64,000 nucleotides of DNA from contig OZ024759.1 in assembly GCA_964016885.1 (NCBI GenBank), forward strand, positions 2,170,001-2,234,000, given 5' to 3'. Below, one piece after another: positions 14,001 through 29,800 of this stretch. The notes beneath the pieces were generated by a model. The model was not told where the DNA came from and searched no databases. It was given only the letters and a program-made list of their open reading frames with translations. The stretch is from Eledone cirrhosa. Its lineage: Eukaryota. How positions within the stretch are numbered: position 1 is the stretch's first letter; each line of letters begins with the position of its first letter. A program made the translations under genes and the position numbers.

Positions 14001-15650
14001 TAGCATCACACAGTCTATATTAGTAACATGACAAAGTCTATATTAGTAACATGACAAAGTTTATATTAGTAACATGACAAAGTCTATATTAGTAACATGA
14101 CAAAGTCTATATTAGTAACATGACAGTCTATATTAGTAACATGACACAGTCTATATTAGTAACATGACACAGTCTATATTAGTAACATGACAAAGTCTAT
14201 ATTAGTAACATGACAATGTCTATATTAGTAACATGACACAGTCTATATTAGTAGCATGACAAAGTCTATATTAGTAACATGACACAGTCTATATTAGTAG
14301 CATGACATAGTCTATATTAGTAACATGACAAAGTCTATATTAGTAACATGACAAAGTCTATATTAGTAACATGACAAAGTCTATATTAGTAACATGACAA
14401 AGTCTATATTAGTAGCATGACAAAGTCTATATTAGTAACATGACAAAGTCTATATTAGTAACATGACAAAGTCTATGTTAGTAACATGACAAAGTCTATA
14501 TTAGTAACATGACAAAGTCTATATTAGTAACATGACAAAGTCTATATTAGTAACATGACACAGTCTATATTAGTAACATGACAGTCTATATTAGTAACAT
14601 GACAGTCTACATTAGTAACATGACACAGTCTATATTAGTAACATGACAAAGTCGATATTAGTAACATGACAATGTCTATATTAGTAACATGACAAAGTCT
14701 ATATTAGTAACATGACAAAGTCTATATTAGTAACATGACACAGTCTATATTAGTAGCATGACAAAGTCTATATTAGTAACATGACAAAGTCTATATTAGT
14801 AGCATGACACAGTCTATATTAGTAACATGACAAAGTCTATATTAGTAACATGACAGTCTATATTAGTAACATGACACAGTCTATATTAGTAACATGACAC
14901 AGTCTATATTAGTAACATGAGACAGTCTATATTAGTAACATGACAAAGTCTATATTAGTAACATGACACAGTCTATATTAGTAACATGACACAGTCTATA
15001 TTAGTAACATGACAAAGTCTATATTAGTAACATGACACAGTCTATATTAGTAACATGACACAGTCTATATTAGTAGCATGACAAAGTCTATGTTAGTAAC
15101 ATGACACAGTCTATATTAGTAGCATCACACAGTCTATATTAGTAACATGACAAAGTCTATATTAGTAACATCACAAAGTCTATATTAGTAACATGACAAA
15201 GACTATATTAGTAACATGACAAAGTCTATATTAGTAACATGACAGTCTATATTAGTAACATGACACAGTCTATATTAGTAACATGACACAGTCTATATTA
15301 GTAACATGACAAAGTCTATATTAGTAACATGACAAAGTCTATATTAGTAACATGACACAGTCTATATTAGTAGCATGACAAAGTCTATATTAGTAACATG
15401 ACACAGTCTATATTAGTAGCATGACACAGTCTATATTAGTAACATGACAAAGTCTATATTAGTAACATGACAAAGTCTATATTAGTAACATGACAAAGTC
15501 TATATTAGTAACATGACAAAGTCTATATTAGTAGCATGACAAAGTCTATATTAGTAACATGACAAAGTCTATATTAGTAACATGACACAGTCTATATTAG
15601 TAACATGACAAAGTCTATATTAGTAACATGACAAAGTCTATATTAGTAAC
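4850..15650. repeat. Tandem duplication of an approximately 5.3-5.5 kb block
   Basis: Rare markers pair at offset 5498 (CACATT 5321/10819, CATAAC 5773/11271, GGC 6160/11658, GTATC 6362/11860, CACTC 6988/12486), then 5316-5317 (TAATAT 7389/12705, ATTCGT 8020/13336, GCATTAC 8348/13664, GACATAG 8991/14308, GACTAT 9885/15202). Confidence 0.9.
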
Positions 15651-15749
15651 ATGACAAAGTCTATATTAGTAACATGACAAAGTCTATATTAGTAGCATGA
15701 CACAGTCTATATTAGTAACATGACAAAGTCTATATTAGTAACATGACAG

Positions 15750-18700
15750 TCTATATTAGTAGCATCACACAGTCTATATTAGTAACATGACAAAGTCTAT
15801 ATTAGTAACATGACAAAGTTTATATTAGTAACATGACAACGTCTATATTAGTAACATGACAAAGTCTATATTAGTAACATGACAGTCTATATTAGTAACA
15901 TGACACAGTCTATATTAGTAACATGACACAGTCTATATTAGTAACATGACAAAGTCTATATTAGTAACATGAAAATGTCTATATTAGTAACATGACACAG
16001 TCTATATTAGTAGCATGACAAAGTCTATATTAGTAACATGACACAGTCTATATTAGTAGCATGACATAGTCTATATTAGTAACATGACAAAGTCTATATT
16101 AGTAACATGACAAAGTCTATATTAGTAACATGACAAAGTCTATATTAGTAACATGACAAAGTCTATATTAGTAGCATGACAAAGTCTATATTAGTAACAT
16201 GACAAAGTCTATATTAGTAACATGACAAAGTCTATGTTAGTAACATGACAAAGTCTATATTAGTAACATGACAAAGTCTATATTAGTAACATGACAAAGT
16301 CTATATTAGTAACATGACACAGTCTATATTAGTAACATGACAGTCTATATTAGTAACATGACAGTCTACATTAGTAACATGACACAGTCTATATTAGTAA
16401 CATGACAAAGTCGATATTAGTAACATGACAATGTCTATATTAGTAACATGACAAAGTCTATATTAGTAACATGACAAAGTCTATATTAGTAACATGACAC
16501 AGTCTATATTAGTAGCATGACAAAGTCTATATTAGTAACATGACAAAGTCTATATTAGTAACATGACACAGTCTATATTAGTAACATGACAAAGTCTATA
16601 TTAGTAACATGACAGTCTATATTAGTAACATGACACAGTCTATATTAGTAACATGACACAGTCTATATTAGTAACATGAGACAGTCTATATTAGTAACAT
16701 GACAAAGTCTATATTAGTAACATGACACAGTCTATATTAGTAACATGACACAGTCTATATTAGTAACATGACAAAGTCTATATTAGTAACATGACACAGT
16801 CTATATTAGTAACATGACACAGTCTATATTAGTAGCATGACAAAGTCTATGTTAGTAACATGACACAGTCTATATTAGTAGCATCACACAGTCTATATTA
16901 GTAACATGACAAAGTCTATATTAGTAACATCACAAAGTCTATATTAGTAACATGACAAAGACTATATTAGTAACATGACAAAGTCTATATTAGTAACATG
17001 ACAGTCTATATTAGTAACATGACACAGTCTATATTAGTAACATGACACAGTCTATATTAGTAACATGACAAAGTCTATATTAGTAACATGACAAAGTCTA
17101 TATTAGTAACATGACACAGTCTATATTAGTAGCATGACAAAGTCTATATTAGTAACATGACACAGTCTATATTAGTAGCATGACACAGTCTATATTAGTA
17201 ACATGACAAAGTCTATATTAGTAACATGACAAAGTCTATATTAGTAACATGACAAAGTCTATATTAGTAACATGACAAAGTCTATATTAGTAGCATGACA
17301 AAGTCTATATTAGTAACATGACAAAGTCTATATTAGTAACATGACACAGTCTATATTAGTAACATGACAAAGTCTATATTAGTAACATGACAAAGTCTAT
17401 ATTAGTAACATGACAAAGTCTATATTAGTAACATGACACAGTCTATATTAGTAACATGACAAAGTCTATATTAGTAGCATGACAAAGTCTATATTAGTAA
17501 CATGACAAAGTCTATATTAGTAACATGACAAAGTCTATATTAGTAACATGACAAAGTCTATATTAGTAACATGACAAAGTCTATATTAGTAACATGACAC
17601 AGTCTATATTAGTAACATGACAGTCTATATTAGTAACATGACAGTCTACATTAGTAACATGACACAGTCTATATTAGTAACATGACAAAGTCGATATTAG
17701 TAACATGACACAGTCTATATTAGTAACATGACACAGTCTATATTAGTAACATGACAAAGTCTATATTAGTAACATGACACAGTCTATATTAGTAGCATGA
17801 CAAAGTCTATATTAGTAACATGACACAGTCTATATTAGTAGCATGACACAGTCTATATTAGTAACATGACAAAGTCTATATTAGTAACATGACAAAGTCT
17901 ATATTAGTAACATGACAAAGTCTATATTAGTAACATGACAATGTCTATATTAGTAACATGACACAGTCTATATTAGTAGCATGACAAAGTCTATATTAGT
18001 AACATGACACAGTCTATATTAGTAGCATGACATAGTCTATATTAGTAACATGACAAAGTCTATATTAGTAACATGACAAAGTCTATATTAGTAACATGAC
18101 AAAGTCTATATTAGTAACATGACAAAGTCTATATTAGTAGCATGACAAAGTCTATATTAGTAACATGACAAAGTCTATATTAGTAACATGACAAAGTCTA
18201 TGTTAGTAACATGACAAAGTCTATATTAGTAACATGACAAAGTCTATATTAGTAACATGACAAAGTCTATATTAGTAACATGACACAGTCTATATTAGTA
18301 ACATGACAGTCTATATTAGTAACATGACAGTCTACATTAGTAACATGACACAGTCTATATTAGTAACATGACAAAGTCGATATTAGTAACATGACAATGT
18401 CTATATTAGTAACATGACAAAGTCTATATTAGTAACATGACAAAGTCTATATTAGTAACATGACACAGTCTATATTAGTAGCATGACAAAGTCTATATTA
18501 GTAACATGACAAAGTCTATATTAGTAGCATGACACAGTCTATATTAGTAACATGACAAAGTCTATATTAGTAACATGACAGTCTATATTAGTAACATGAC
18601 ACAGTCTATATTAGTAACATGACACAGTCTATATTAGTAACATGACAAAGTCTATATTAGTAACATGACACAGTCTATATTAGTAACATGACACAGTCTA

Positions 18701-21700
18701 TATTAGTAGCATGACAAAGTCTATGTTAGTAACATGACACAGTCTATATTAGTAGCATCACACAGTCTATATTAGTAACATGACAAAGTCTATATTAGTA
18801 ACATCACAAAGTCTATATTAGTAACATGACAAAGACTATATTAGTAACATGACAAAGTCTATATTAGTAACATGACAGTCTATATTAGTAACATGACACA
18901 GTCTATATTAGTAACATGACACAGTCTATATTAGTAACATGACAAAGTCTATATTAGTAACATGACAAAGTCTATATTAGTAACATGACACAGTCTATAT
19001 TAGTAACATGACAAAGTCTATATTAGTAACATGACACAGTCTATATTAGTAACATGACAGTCTATATTAGTAACATGACAGTCTACATTAGTAACATGAC
19101 ACAGTCTATATTAGTAACATGACAAAGTCGATATTAGTAACATGACAATGTCTATATTAGTAACATGACAAAGTCTATATTAGTAACATGACAAAGTCTA
19201 TATTAGTAACATGACACAGTCTATATTAGTAGCATGACAAAGTCTATATTAGTAACATGACAAAGTCTATATTAGTAGCATGACACAGTCTATATTAGTA
19301 ACATGACAAAGTCTATATTAGTAACATGACAGTCTATATTAGTAACATGACACAGTCTATATTAGTAACATGACACAGTCTATATTAGTAACATGACAAA
19401 GTCTATATTAGTAACATGACACAGTCTATATTAGTAACATGACACAGTCTATATTAGTAGCATGACAAAGTCTATGTTAGTAACATGACACAGTCTATAT
19501 TAGTAGCATCACACAGTCTATATTAGTAACATGACAAAGTCTATATTAGTAACATCACAAAGTCTATATTAGTAACATGACAAAGACTATATTAGTAACA
19601 TGACAAAGTCTATATTAGTAACATGACAGTCTATATTAGTAACATGACACAGTCTATATTATTAACATGACACAGTCTATATTAGTAACATGACAAAGTC
19701 TATATTAGTAACATGACAAAGTCTATATTAGTAACATGACACAGTCTATATTAGTAGCATGACAAAGTCTATATTAGTAACATGACACAGTCTATATTAG
19801 TAGCATGACACAGTCTATATTAGTAACATGACAAAGTCTATATTAGTAACATGACAAAGTCTATATTAGTAACATGACAAAGTCTATATTAGTAACATGA
19901 CAAAGTCTATATTAGTAGCATGACAAAGTCTATATTAGTAACATGACAAAGTCTATATTAGTAACATGACACAGTCTATATTAGTAACATGACAAAGTCT
20001 ATATTAGTAACATGACAAAGTCTATATTAGTAACATGACAAAGTCTATATTAGTAACATGACAAAGTCTATATTAGTAGCATGACACAGTCTATATTAGT
20101 AACATGACAAAGTCTATATTAGTAACATGACAGTCTATATTAGTAACATGACACAGTCTATATTAGTAACATGAGACAGTCTATATTAGTAACATGACAA
20201 AGTCTATATTAGTAACATGACACAGTCTATATTAGTAACATGACACAGTCTATATTAGTAACATGACAAAGTCTATATTAGTAACATGACACAGTCTATA
20301 TTAGTAACATGACACAGTCTATATTAGTAGCATGACAAAGTCTATGTTAGTAACATGACACAGTCTATATTAGTAGCATCACACAGTCTATATTAGTAAC
20401 ATGACAAAGTCTATATTAGTAACATGACAAAGTTTATATTAGTAACATGACAACGTCTATATTAGTAACATGACAAAGTCTATATTAGTAACATGACAGT
20501 CTATATTAGTAACATGACACAGTCTATATTAGTAACATGACACAGTCTATATTAGTAACATGACAAAGTCTATATTAGTAACATGAAAATGTCTATATTA
20601 GTAACATGACACAGTCTATATTAGTAGCATGACAAAGTCTATATTAGTAACATGACACAGTCTATATTAGTAGCATGACATAGTCTATATTAGTAACATG
20701 ACAAAGTCTATATTAGTAACATGACAAAGTCTATATTAGTAACATGACAAAGTCTATATTAGTAACATGACAAAGTCTATATTAGTAGCATGACAAAGTC
20801 TATATTAGTAACATGACAAAGTCTATATTAGTAACATGACAAAGTCTATGTTAGTAACATGACAAAGTCTATATTAGTAACATGACAAAGTCTATATTAG
20901 TAACATGACAAAGTCTATATTAGTAACATGACACAGTCTATATTAGTAACATGACAGTCTATATTAGTAACATGACAGTCTACATTAGTAACATGACACA
21001 GTCTATATTAGTAACATGACAAAGTCGATATTAGTAACATGACAATGTCTATATTAGTAACATGACAAAGTCTATATTAGTAACATGACAAAGTCTATAT
21101 TAGTAACATGACACAGTCTATATTAGTAGCATGACAAAGTCTATATTAGTAACATGACAAAGTCTATATTAGTAACATGACACAGTCTATATTAGTAACA
21201 TGACAAAGTCTATATTAGTAACATGACAGTCTATATTAGTAACATGACACAGTCTATATTAGTAACATGACACAGTCTATATTAGTAACATGAGACAGTC
21301 TATATTAGTAACATGACAAAGTCTATATTAGTAACATGACACAGTCTATATTAGTAACATGACACAGTCTATATTAGTAACATGACAAAGTCTATATTAG
21401 TAACATGACACAGTCTATATTAGTAACATGACACAGTCTATATTAGTAGCATGACAAAGTCTATGTTAGTAACATGACACAGTCTATATTAGTAGCATCA
21501 CACAGTCTATATTAGTAACATGACAAAGTCTATATTAGTAACATCACAAAGTCTATATTAGTAACATGACAAAGACTATATTAGTAACATGACAAAGTCT
21601 ATATTAGTAACATGACAGTCTATATTAGTAACATGACACAGTCTATATTAGTAACATGACACAGTCTATATTAGTAACATGACAAAGTCTATATTAGTAA

Positions 21701-22320
21701 CATGACAAAGTCTATATTAGTAACATGACACAGTCTATATTAGTAGCATGACAAAGTCTATATTAGTAACATGACACAGTCTATATTAGTAGCATGACAC
21801 AGTCTATATTAGTAACATGACAAAGTCTATATTAGTAACATGACAAAGTCTATATTAGTAACATGACAAAGTCTATATTAGTAACATGACAAAGTCTATA
21901 TTAGTAGCATGACAAAGTCTATATTAGTAACATGACAAAGTCTATATTAGTAACATGACACAGTCTATATTAGTAACATGACAAAGTCTATATTAGTAAC
22001 ATGACAAAGTCTATATTAGTAACATGACAAAGTCTATATTAGTAACATGACACAGTCTATATTAGTAACATGACAAAGTCTATATTAGTAGCATGACAAA
22101 GTCTATATTAGTAACATGACAAAGTCTATATTAGTAACATGACAAAGTCTATATTAGTAACATGACAAAGTCTATATTAGTAACATGACAAAGTCTATAT
22201 TAGTAACATGACACAGTCTATATTAGTAACATGACAGTCTATATTAGTAACATGACAGTCTACATTAGTAACATGACACAGTCTATATTAGTAACATGAC
22301 AAAGTCGATATTAGTAACAT
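15750..22320. repeat. Paralogous approximately 1.9-kb blocks (about 15750-17700 and about 20370-22320), offset 4614 bp
   Basis: GACAACG 15840/20454, GAAAATG 15973/20587, GACATAG 16067/20681 and GACTAT 16961/21575 all differ by 4614. Confidence 0.85.
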
Positions 22321-23877
22321 GACAATGTCTACATTAGTAACATGACAAAGTCTATATTAGTAACATGACACAGTCTATATTAGTAACATGACAAAGTCTA
22401 TATTAGTAACATGGCAAAGTCTATATTATAACATGACAAAGTCTATATTAGTAACATGACAAAGTCTATATTAGTAACATGACACAGTCTATATTAGTAA
22501 CATGACAAAGTCTATATTAGTAACATGACAGTCTACATTAGTAACATGACACAGTCTATATTAGTAACATGACAAAGTCGATATTAGTAACATGACAATG
22601 TCTATATTAGTAACATGACAAAGTCTATATTAATAACATGACAAAGTCTATATTAGTAACATGACAAAGTCTATATTAGTAACATGACAAAGTCTATATT
22701 AGTAACATGACAAAGTCTATATTAGTAACATGACACAGTCTATATTAGTAACATGACAAAGTCTATATTAGTAGCATGACAAAGTCTGTATTAGTAACAT
22801 GACAGTCTATATTAGTAACATGACAAAGTCTATATTAGTAACATGACAAAGTCTATATTAGTAGCATGACAAAGTCTATATTAGTAATATGACAAAGTCT
22901 ATATTAGTAACATGACAAAGTCTATATTAGTAACATGACACAGTCTATATTAGTAACATGACAAAGTCTATATTAGTAGCATGACAAAGTCTATATTAGT
23001 AACATGACAAAGTCTATATTAGTAACATGACAAAGTCTATATTAGTAACATGACAAAGTCTATATTAGTAACATGACAAAGTCTATATTAGTAACATGAC
23101 AGTCTATATTAGTAACATGACAGTCTACATTAGTAACATGACACAGTCTATATTAGTAACATGACAAAGTCGATATTAGTAACATGACAATGTCTATATT
23201 AGTAGCATGACAAAGTCTATATTAGTAACATGACAAAGTCTATATTAGTAACATGGCAAAGTCTATATTAGTAACATGACAAAGTCTATATTAGTAACAT
23301 GACACAGTCTATATTAGTAGCATGACAAAGTCTATATTAGTAACATGACAAAGTCTATATTAGTAGCATGACACAGTCTATATTAGTAACATGACAATGT
23401 CTATATTAGTAACATGACAGTCTATATTAGTAACATGACACAGTCTATATTAGTAACATGACACAGTCTATATTAGTAACATGACACATTCTATATTAGT
23501 AACATGACAAAGTCTATATTAGTAACATGACACAGTCTATATTAGTAACATGACACAGTCTATATTAGTAGCATGACAAAGTCTATGTTAGTAACATGAC
23601 ACAGTCTATATTAGTAGCATCACACAGTCTACATTAGTAACATGACAAAGTCTATATTAGTAACATGACAAAGTCTATATTAGTAACATGACAAGGTCTA
23701 TATTAGTAACATGACAAAGTCTATATTAGTAACATGACAGTCTATATTAGTAACATGACACAGTCTATATTAGTAACATGACACAGTCTATATTAGTAAC
23801 ATGACAAAGTCTATATTAGTAACATGACAAAGTCGATATTAGTAACATGACAATGTCTATATTAGTAACATGACAAA

Positions 23878-26800
23878 GTCTATATTAGTAACATGACACA
23901 GTCTATATTAGTAACATGACAAAGTCTATATTAGTAACATGGCAAAGTCTATATTATAACATGACAAAGTCTATATTAGTAACATGACAAAGTCTATATT
24001 AGTAACATGACACAGTCTATATTAGTAACATGACAAAGTCTATATTAGTAACATGACAAAGTCTATATTAGTAACATGACAAAGTCTATATTAGTAACAT
24101 GACAAAGTCTATATTAGTAACATGACAAAGTCTATATTAGTAGCATGACAAAGTCTATATTAGTAACATGACAAAGTCTATATTAGTAACATGACACAGT
24201 CTATATTAGTAACATGACAAAGTCTATATTAGTAGCATGACAAAGTCTATATTAGTAACATGACAAAGTCTATATTAGTAACATGACAAAGTCTATATTA
24301 GTAACATGACAAAGTCTATATTAGTAACATGACAAAGTCTATATTAGTAACATGACACAGTCTATATTAGTAACATGACAGTCTATATTAGTAACATGAC
24401 AGTCTACATTAGTAACATGACACAGTCTATATTAGTAACATGACAAAGTCGATATTAGTAACATGACAATGTCTATATTAGTAACATGACAAAGTCTATA
24501 TTAGTAACATGACAAAGTCTATATTAGTAACATGACAAAGTCTATATTAGTAACATGACACAGTCTATATTAGTAACATGACAAAGTCTATATTAGTAGC
24601 ATGACAAAGTCTATATTAGTAACATGACAACGTCTATATTAGTAACATGACAAAGTCTATATTAGTAACATGACAAAGTCTATATTAGTAACATGACAAA
24701 GTCTATATTAGTAACATGACACAGTCTATATTAGTAACATGACAGTCTATATTAGTAACATGACAGTCTACATTAGTAACATGACACAGTCTATATTAGT
24801 AACATGACAAAGTCGATATTAGTAACATGACAATGTCTATATTAGTAACATGACAAAGTCTATATTAGTAACATGACACAGTCTATATTAGTAACATGAC
24901 AAAGTCTATATTAGTAACATGGCAAAGTCTATATTATAACATGACAAAGTCTATATTAGTAACATGACAAAGTCTATATTAGTAACATGACAAAGTCTAT
25001 ATTAGTAACATGACAGTCTATATTAGTAACATGACACAGTCTATATTAGTAACATGACACAGTCTATATTAGTAACATGACAAAGTCTATATTAGTAACA
25101 TGACAAAGTCTATATTAGTAACATGACAGTCTATATTAGTAGCATGACAAAGTCTATATTAGTAACATGACAAAGTCTATATTAGTAACATGACAAAGTC
25201 TATATTAGTAGCATGACAAAGTCTATATTAGTAACATGACAAAGTCTATATTAGTAACATGACAAAGTCTATGTTAGTAACATGACAAAGTCTATATTAG
25301 TAACATGACAAAGTCTATATTAGTAACATGACAAAGTCTATATTAGTAACATGACACAGTCTATATTAGTAACATGACAGTCTATATTAGTAACATGACA
25401 GTCTACATTAGTAACATGACACAGTCTATATTAGTAACATGACACAGTCTATATTAGTAACATGACAGTCTATATTAGTAACATGACAGTCTACATTAGT
25501 AACATGACACAGTCTATATTAGTAACATGACAAAGTCGATATTAGTAACATGACAATGTCTATATTAGTAACATGACAAAGTCTATATTAGTAACATGAC
25601 ACAGTCTATATTAGTAACATGACAAAGTCTATATTAGTAACATGACAAAGTCTATATTAGTAGCATGACAAAGTCTATATTAGTAACATGACAAAGTCTA
25701 TATTAGTAACATGACACAGTCTATATTAGTAACATGACAAAGTCTATATTAGTAGCATGACAAAGTCTATATTAGTAACATGACAAAGTCTATATTAGTA
25801 ACATGACAAAGTCTATATTAGTAACATGACAAAGTCTATATTAGTAACATGACAAAGTCTATATTAGTAACATGACACAGTCTATATTAGTAACATGACA
25901 GTCTATATTAGTAACATGACAGTCTACATTAGTAACATGACACAGTCTATATTAGTAACATGACAAAGTCGATATTAGTAACATGACAATGTCTATATTA
26001 GTAACATGACAAAGTCTATATTAGTAACATGACAAAGTCTATATTAGTAACATGACAAAGTCTATATTAGTAACATGACACAGTCTATATTAGTAACATG
26101 ACAAAGTCTATATTAGTAGCATGACAAAGTCTATATTAGTAACATGACAACGTCTATATTAGTAACATGACAAAGTCTATATTAGTAACATGACAAAGTC
26201 TATATTAGTAACATGACAAAGTCTATATTAGTAACATGACACAGTCTATATTAGTAACATGACAGTCTATATTAGTAACATGACAGTCTACATTAGTAAC
26301 ATGACACAGTCTATATTAGTAACATGACAAAGTCGATATTAGTAACATGACAATGTCTATATTAGTAACATGACAAAGTCTATATTAGTAACATGACACA
26401 GTCTATATTAGTAACATGACAAAGTCTATATTAGTAACATGGCAAAGTCTATATTATAACATGACAAAGTCTATATTAGTAACATGACAAAGTCTATATT
26501 AGTAACATGACAAAGTCTATATTAGTAACATGACAGTCTATATTAGTAACATGACACAGTCTATATTAGTAACATGACACAGTCTATATTAGTAACATGA
26601 CAAAGTCTATATTAGTAACATGACAAAGTCTATATTAGTAACATGACAGTCTATATTAGTAGCATGACAAAGTCTATATTAGTAACATGACACAGTCTAT
26701 ATTAGTAGCATGACACAGTCTATATTAGTAACATGACAAAGTCTATATTAGTAACATGACAAAGTCTATATTAGTAACATGACAAAGTCTATATTAGTAA

Positions 26801-29800
26801 CATGACAAAGTCTATATTAGTAGCATGACAAAGTCTATATTAGTAACATGACAAAGTCTATATTAGTAACATGACAAAGTATATGTTAGTAACATGACAA
26901 AGTCTATATTAGTAACATGACAAAGTCTATATTAGTAACATGACAAAGTCTATATTAGTAACATGACACAGTCTATATTAGTAACATGACAGTCTATATT
27001 AGTAACATGACAGTCTACATTAGTAACATGACACAGTCTATATTAGTAACATGACAAAGTCGATATTAGTAACATGACAATGTCTATATTAGTAACATGA
27101 CAAAGTCTATATTAGTAACATGACAAAGTCTATATTAGTAACATGACACAGTCTATATTATTAGCATGACAAAGTCTATATTAGTAACATGACAAAGTCT
27201 ATATTAGTAGCATGACACAGTCTATATTAGTAACATGACAAAGTCTATATTAGTAACATGACAGTCTATATTAGTAACATGACACAGTCTATATTAGTAA
27301 CATGACACAGTCTATATTAGTAACATGACACAGTCTATATTAGTAACATGACAAAGTCTATATTAGTAACATGACACATTCTATATTAGTAACATGACAC
27401 AGTCTATATTAGTAGCATGACAAAGTCTATGTTAGTAACATGACACAGTCTATATTAGTAGCATCACACAGTCTATATTAGTAACATGACAAAGTCTATA
27501 TTAGTAACATGACAAAGTCTATATTAGTAACATGACAAAGTCTATATTAGTAACATGACAAAGTCTATATTAGTAACATGACAGTCTATATTAGTAACAT
27601 GACACAGTCTATATTAGTAACATGACACAGTCTATATTAGTAACATGACAAAGTCTATATTAGTAACATGACAAAGTCTATATTAGTAACATGACACAGT
27701 CTATATTAGTAGCATGACAAAGTCTATATTAGTAACATGACACAGTCTATATTAGTAGCATGACACAGTCTATATTAGTAACATGACAAAGTCTATATTA
27801 GTAACGTGACAAAGTCTATATTAGTAACATAACAAAGTCTATATTAGTAACATGACAAAGTCTATATTAGTAGCATGACAAAGTCTATATTAGTAACATG
27901 ACAAAGTCTATATTAGTAACATGACAAAGTCTATGTTAATAACATGACAAAGTCTATATTAGTAACATGACAAAGTCTATATTAGTAACATGACAAAGTC
28001 TATATTAGTAACATGACACAGTCTATATTAGTAACATGACAGTCTATATTAGTAACATGACAGTCTACATTAGTAACATGACACAGTCTATATTAGTAAC
28101 ATGACAAAGTCGATATTAGTAACATGACAATGTCTATATTAGTAACATGACAAAGTCTATATTAGTAACATGACACAGTCTATATTAGTAACATGACAAA
28201 GTCTATATTAGTAACATGGCAAAGTCTATATTATAACATGACAAAGTCTATATTAGTAACATGACAAAGTCTATATTAGTAACATGACACAGTCTATATT
28301 AGTAACATGACAAAGTCTATATTAGTAACATGACAAAGTCTATATTAGTAACATGACAAAGTCTATATTAGTAACATGACAAAGTCTATATTAGTAACAT
28401 GACAAAGTCTATATTAGTATCATGACAAAGTCTATATTAGTAACATGACAAAGTCTATATTAGTAACATGACAAAGTCTATATTAGTAACATGACAAAGT
28501 CTATATTAGTAACATGACACAGTCTATATTAGTAACATGACAGTCTATATTAGTAACATGACAGTCTACATTAGTAACATGACACAGTCTATATTAGTAA
28601 CATGACAAAGTCGATATTAGTAACATGACAATGTCTATATTAGTAACATGACAAAGTCTATATTAGTAACATGACAAAGTCTATATTAGTAACATGACAA
28701 AGTCTATATTAGTAACATGACACAGTCTATATTAGTAACATGACAAAGTCTATATTAGTAGCATGACAAAGTCTATATTAGTAACATGACAAAGTCTATA
28801 TTAGTAACATGACAAAGTCTATATTAGTAACATGACAAAGTCTATATTAGTAACATGACAAAGTCTATATTAGTAACATGACACAGTCTATATTAGTAAC
28901 ATGACAGTCTATATTAGTAACATGACAGTCTACATTAGTAACATGACACAGTCTATATTAGTAACATGACAAAGTCGATATTAGTAACATGACAATGTCT
29001 ATATTAGTAACATGACAAAGTCTATATTAGTAACATGACACAGTCTATATTAGTAACATGACAAAGTCTATATTAGTAACATGGCAAAGTCTATATTATA
29101 ACATGACAAAGTCTATATTAGTAACATGACAAAGTCTATATTAGTAACATGACACACTCTATATTAGTAACATGACAAAGTCTATATTAGTAACATGACA
29201 GTCTACATTAGTAACATGACACAGTCTATATTAGTAACATGACAAAGTCGATATTAGTAACATGACAATGTCTATATTAGTAACATGACAAAGTCTATAT
29301 TAGTAACATGACAAAGTCTATATTAGTAACATGACAAAGTCTATATTAGTAACATGACAAAGTCTATATTAGTAACATGACAAAGTCTATATTAGTACCA
29401 TGACACAGTCTATATTAGTAACATGACAAAGTCTATATTAGTAGCATGACAAAGTCTGTATTAGTAACATGACAGTCTATATTAGTAACATGACAAAGTC
29501 TATATTAGTAACATGACAAAGTCTATATTAGTAGCATGACAAAGTCTATATTAGTAATATGACAAAGTCTATATTAGTAACATGACAAAGTCTATATTAG
29601 TAACATGACACAGTCTATATTAGTAGCATGACAAAGTCTATATTAGTAACATGACAAAGTCTATATTAGTAACATGACAAAGTCTATATTAGTAACATGA
29701 CAAAGTCTATATTAGTAACATGACAAAGTCTATATTAGTAACATGACAGTCTATATTAGTAACATGACAGTCTACATTAGTAACATGACACAGTCTATAT

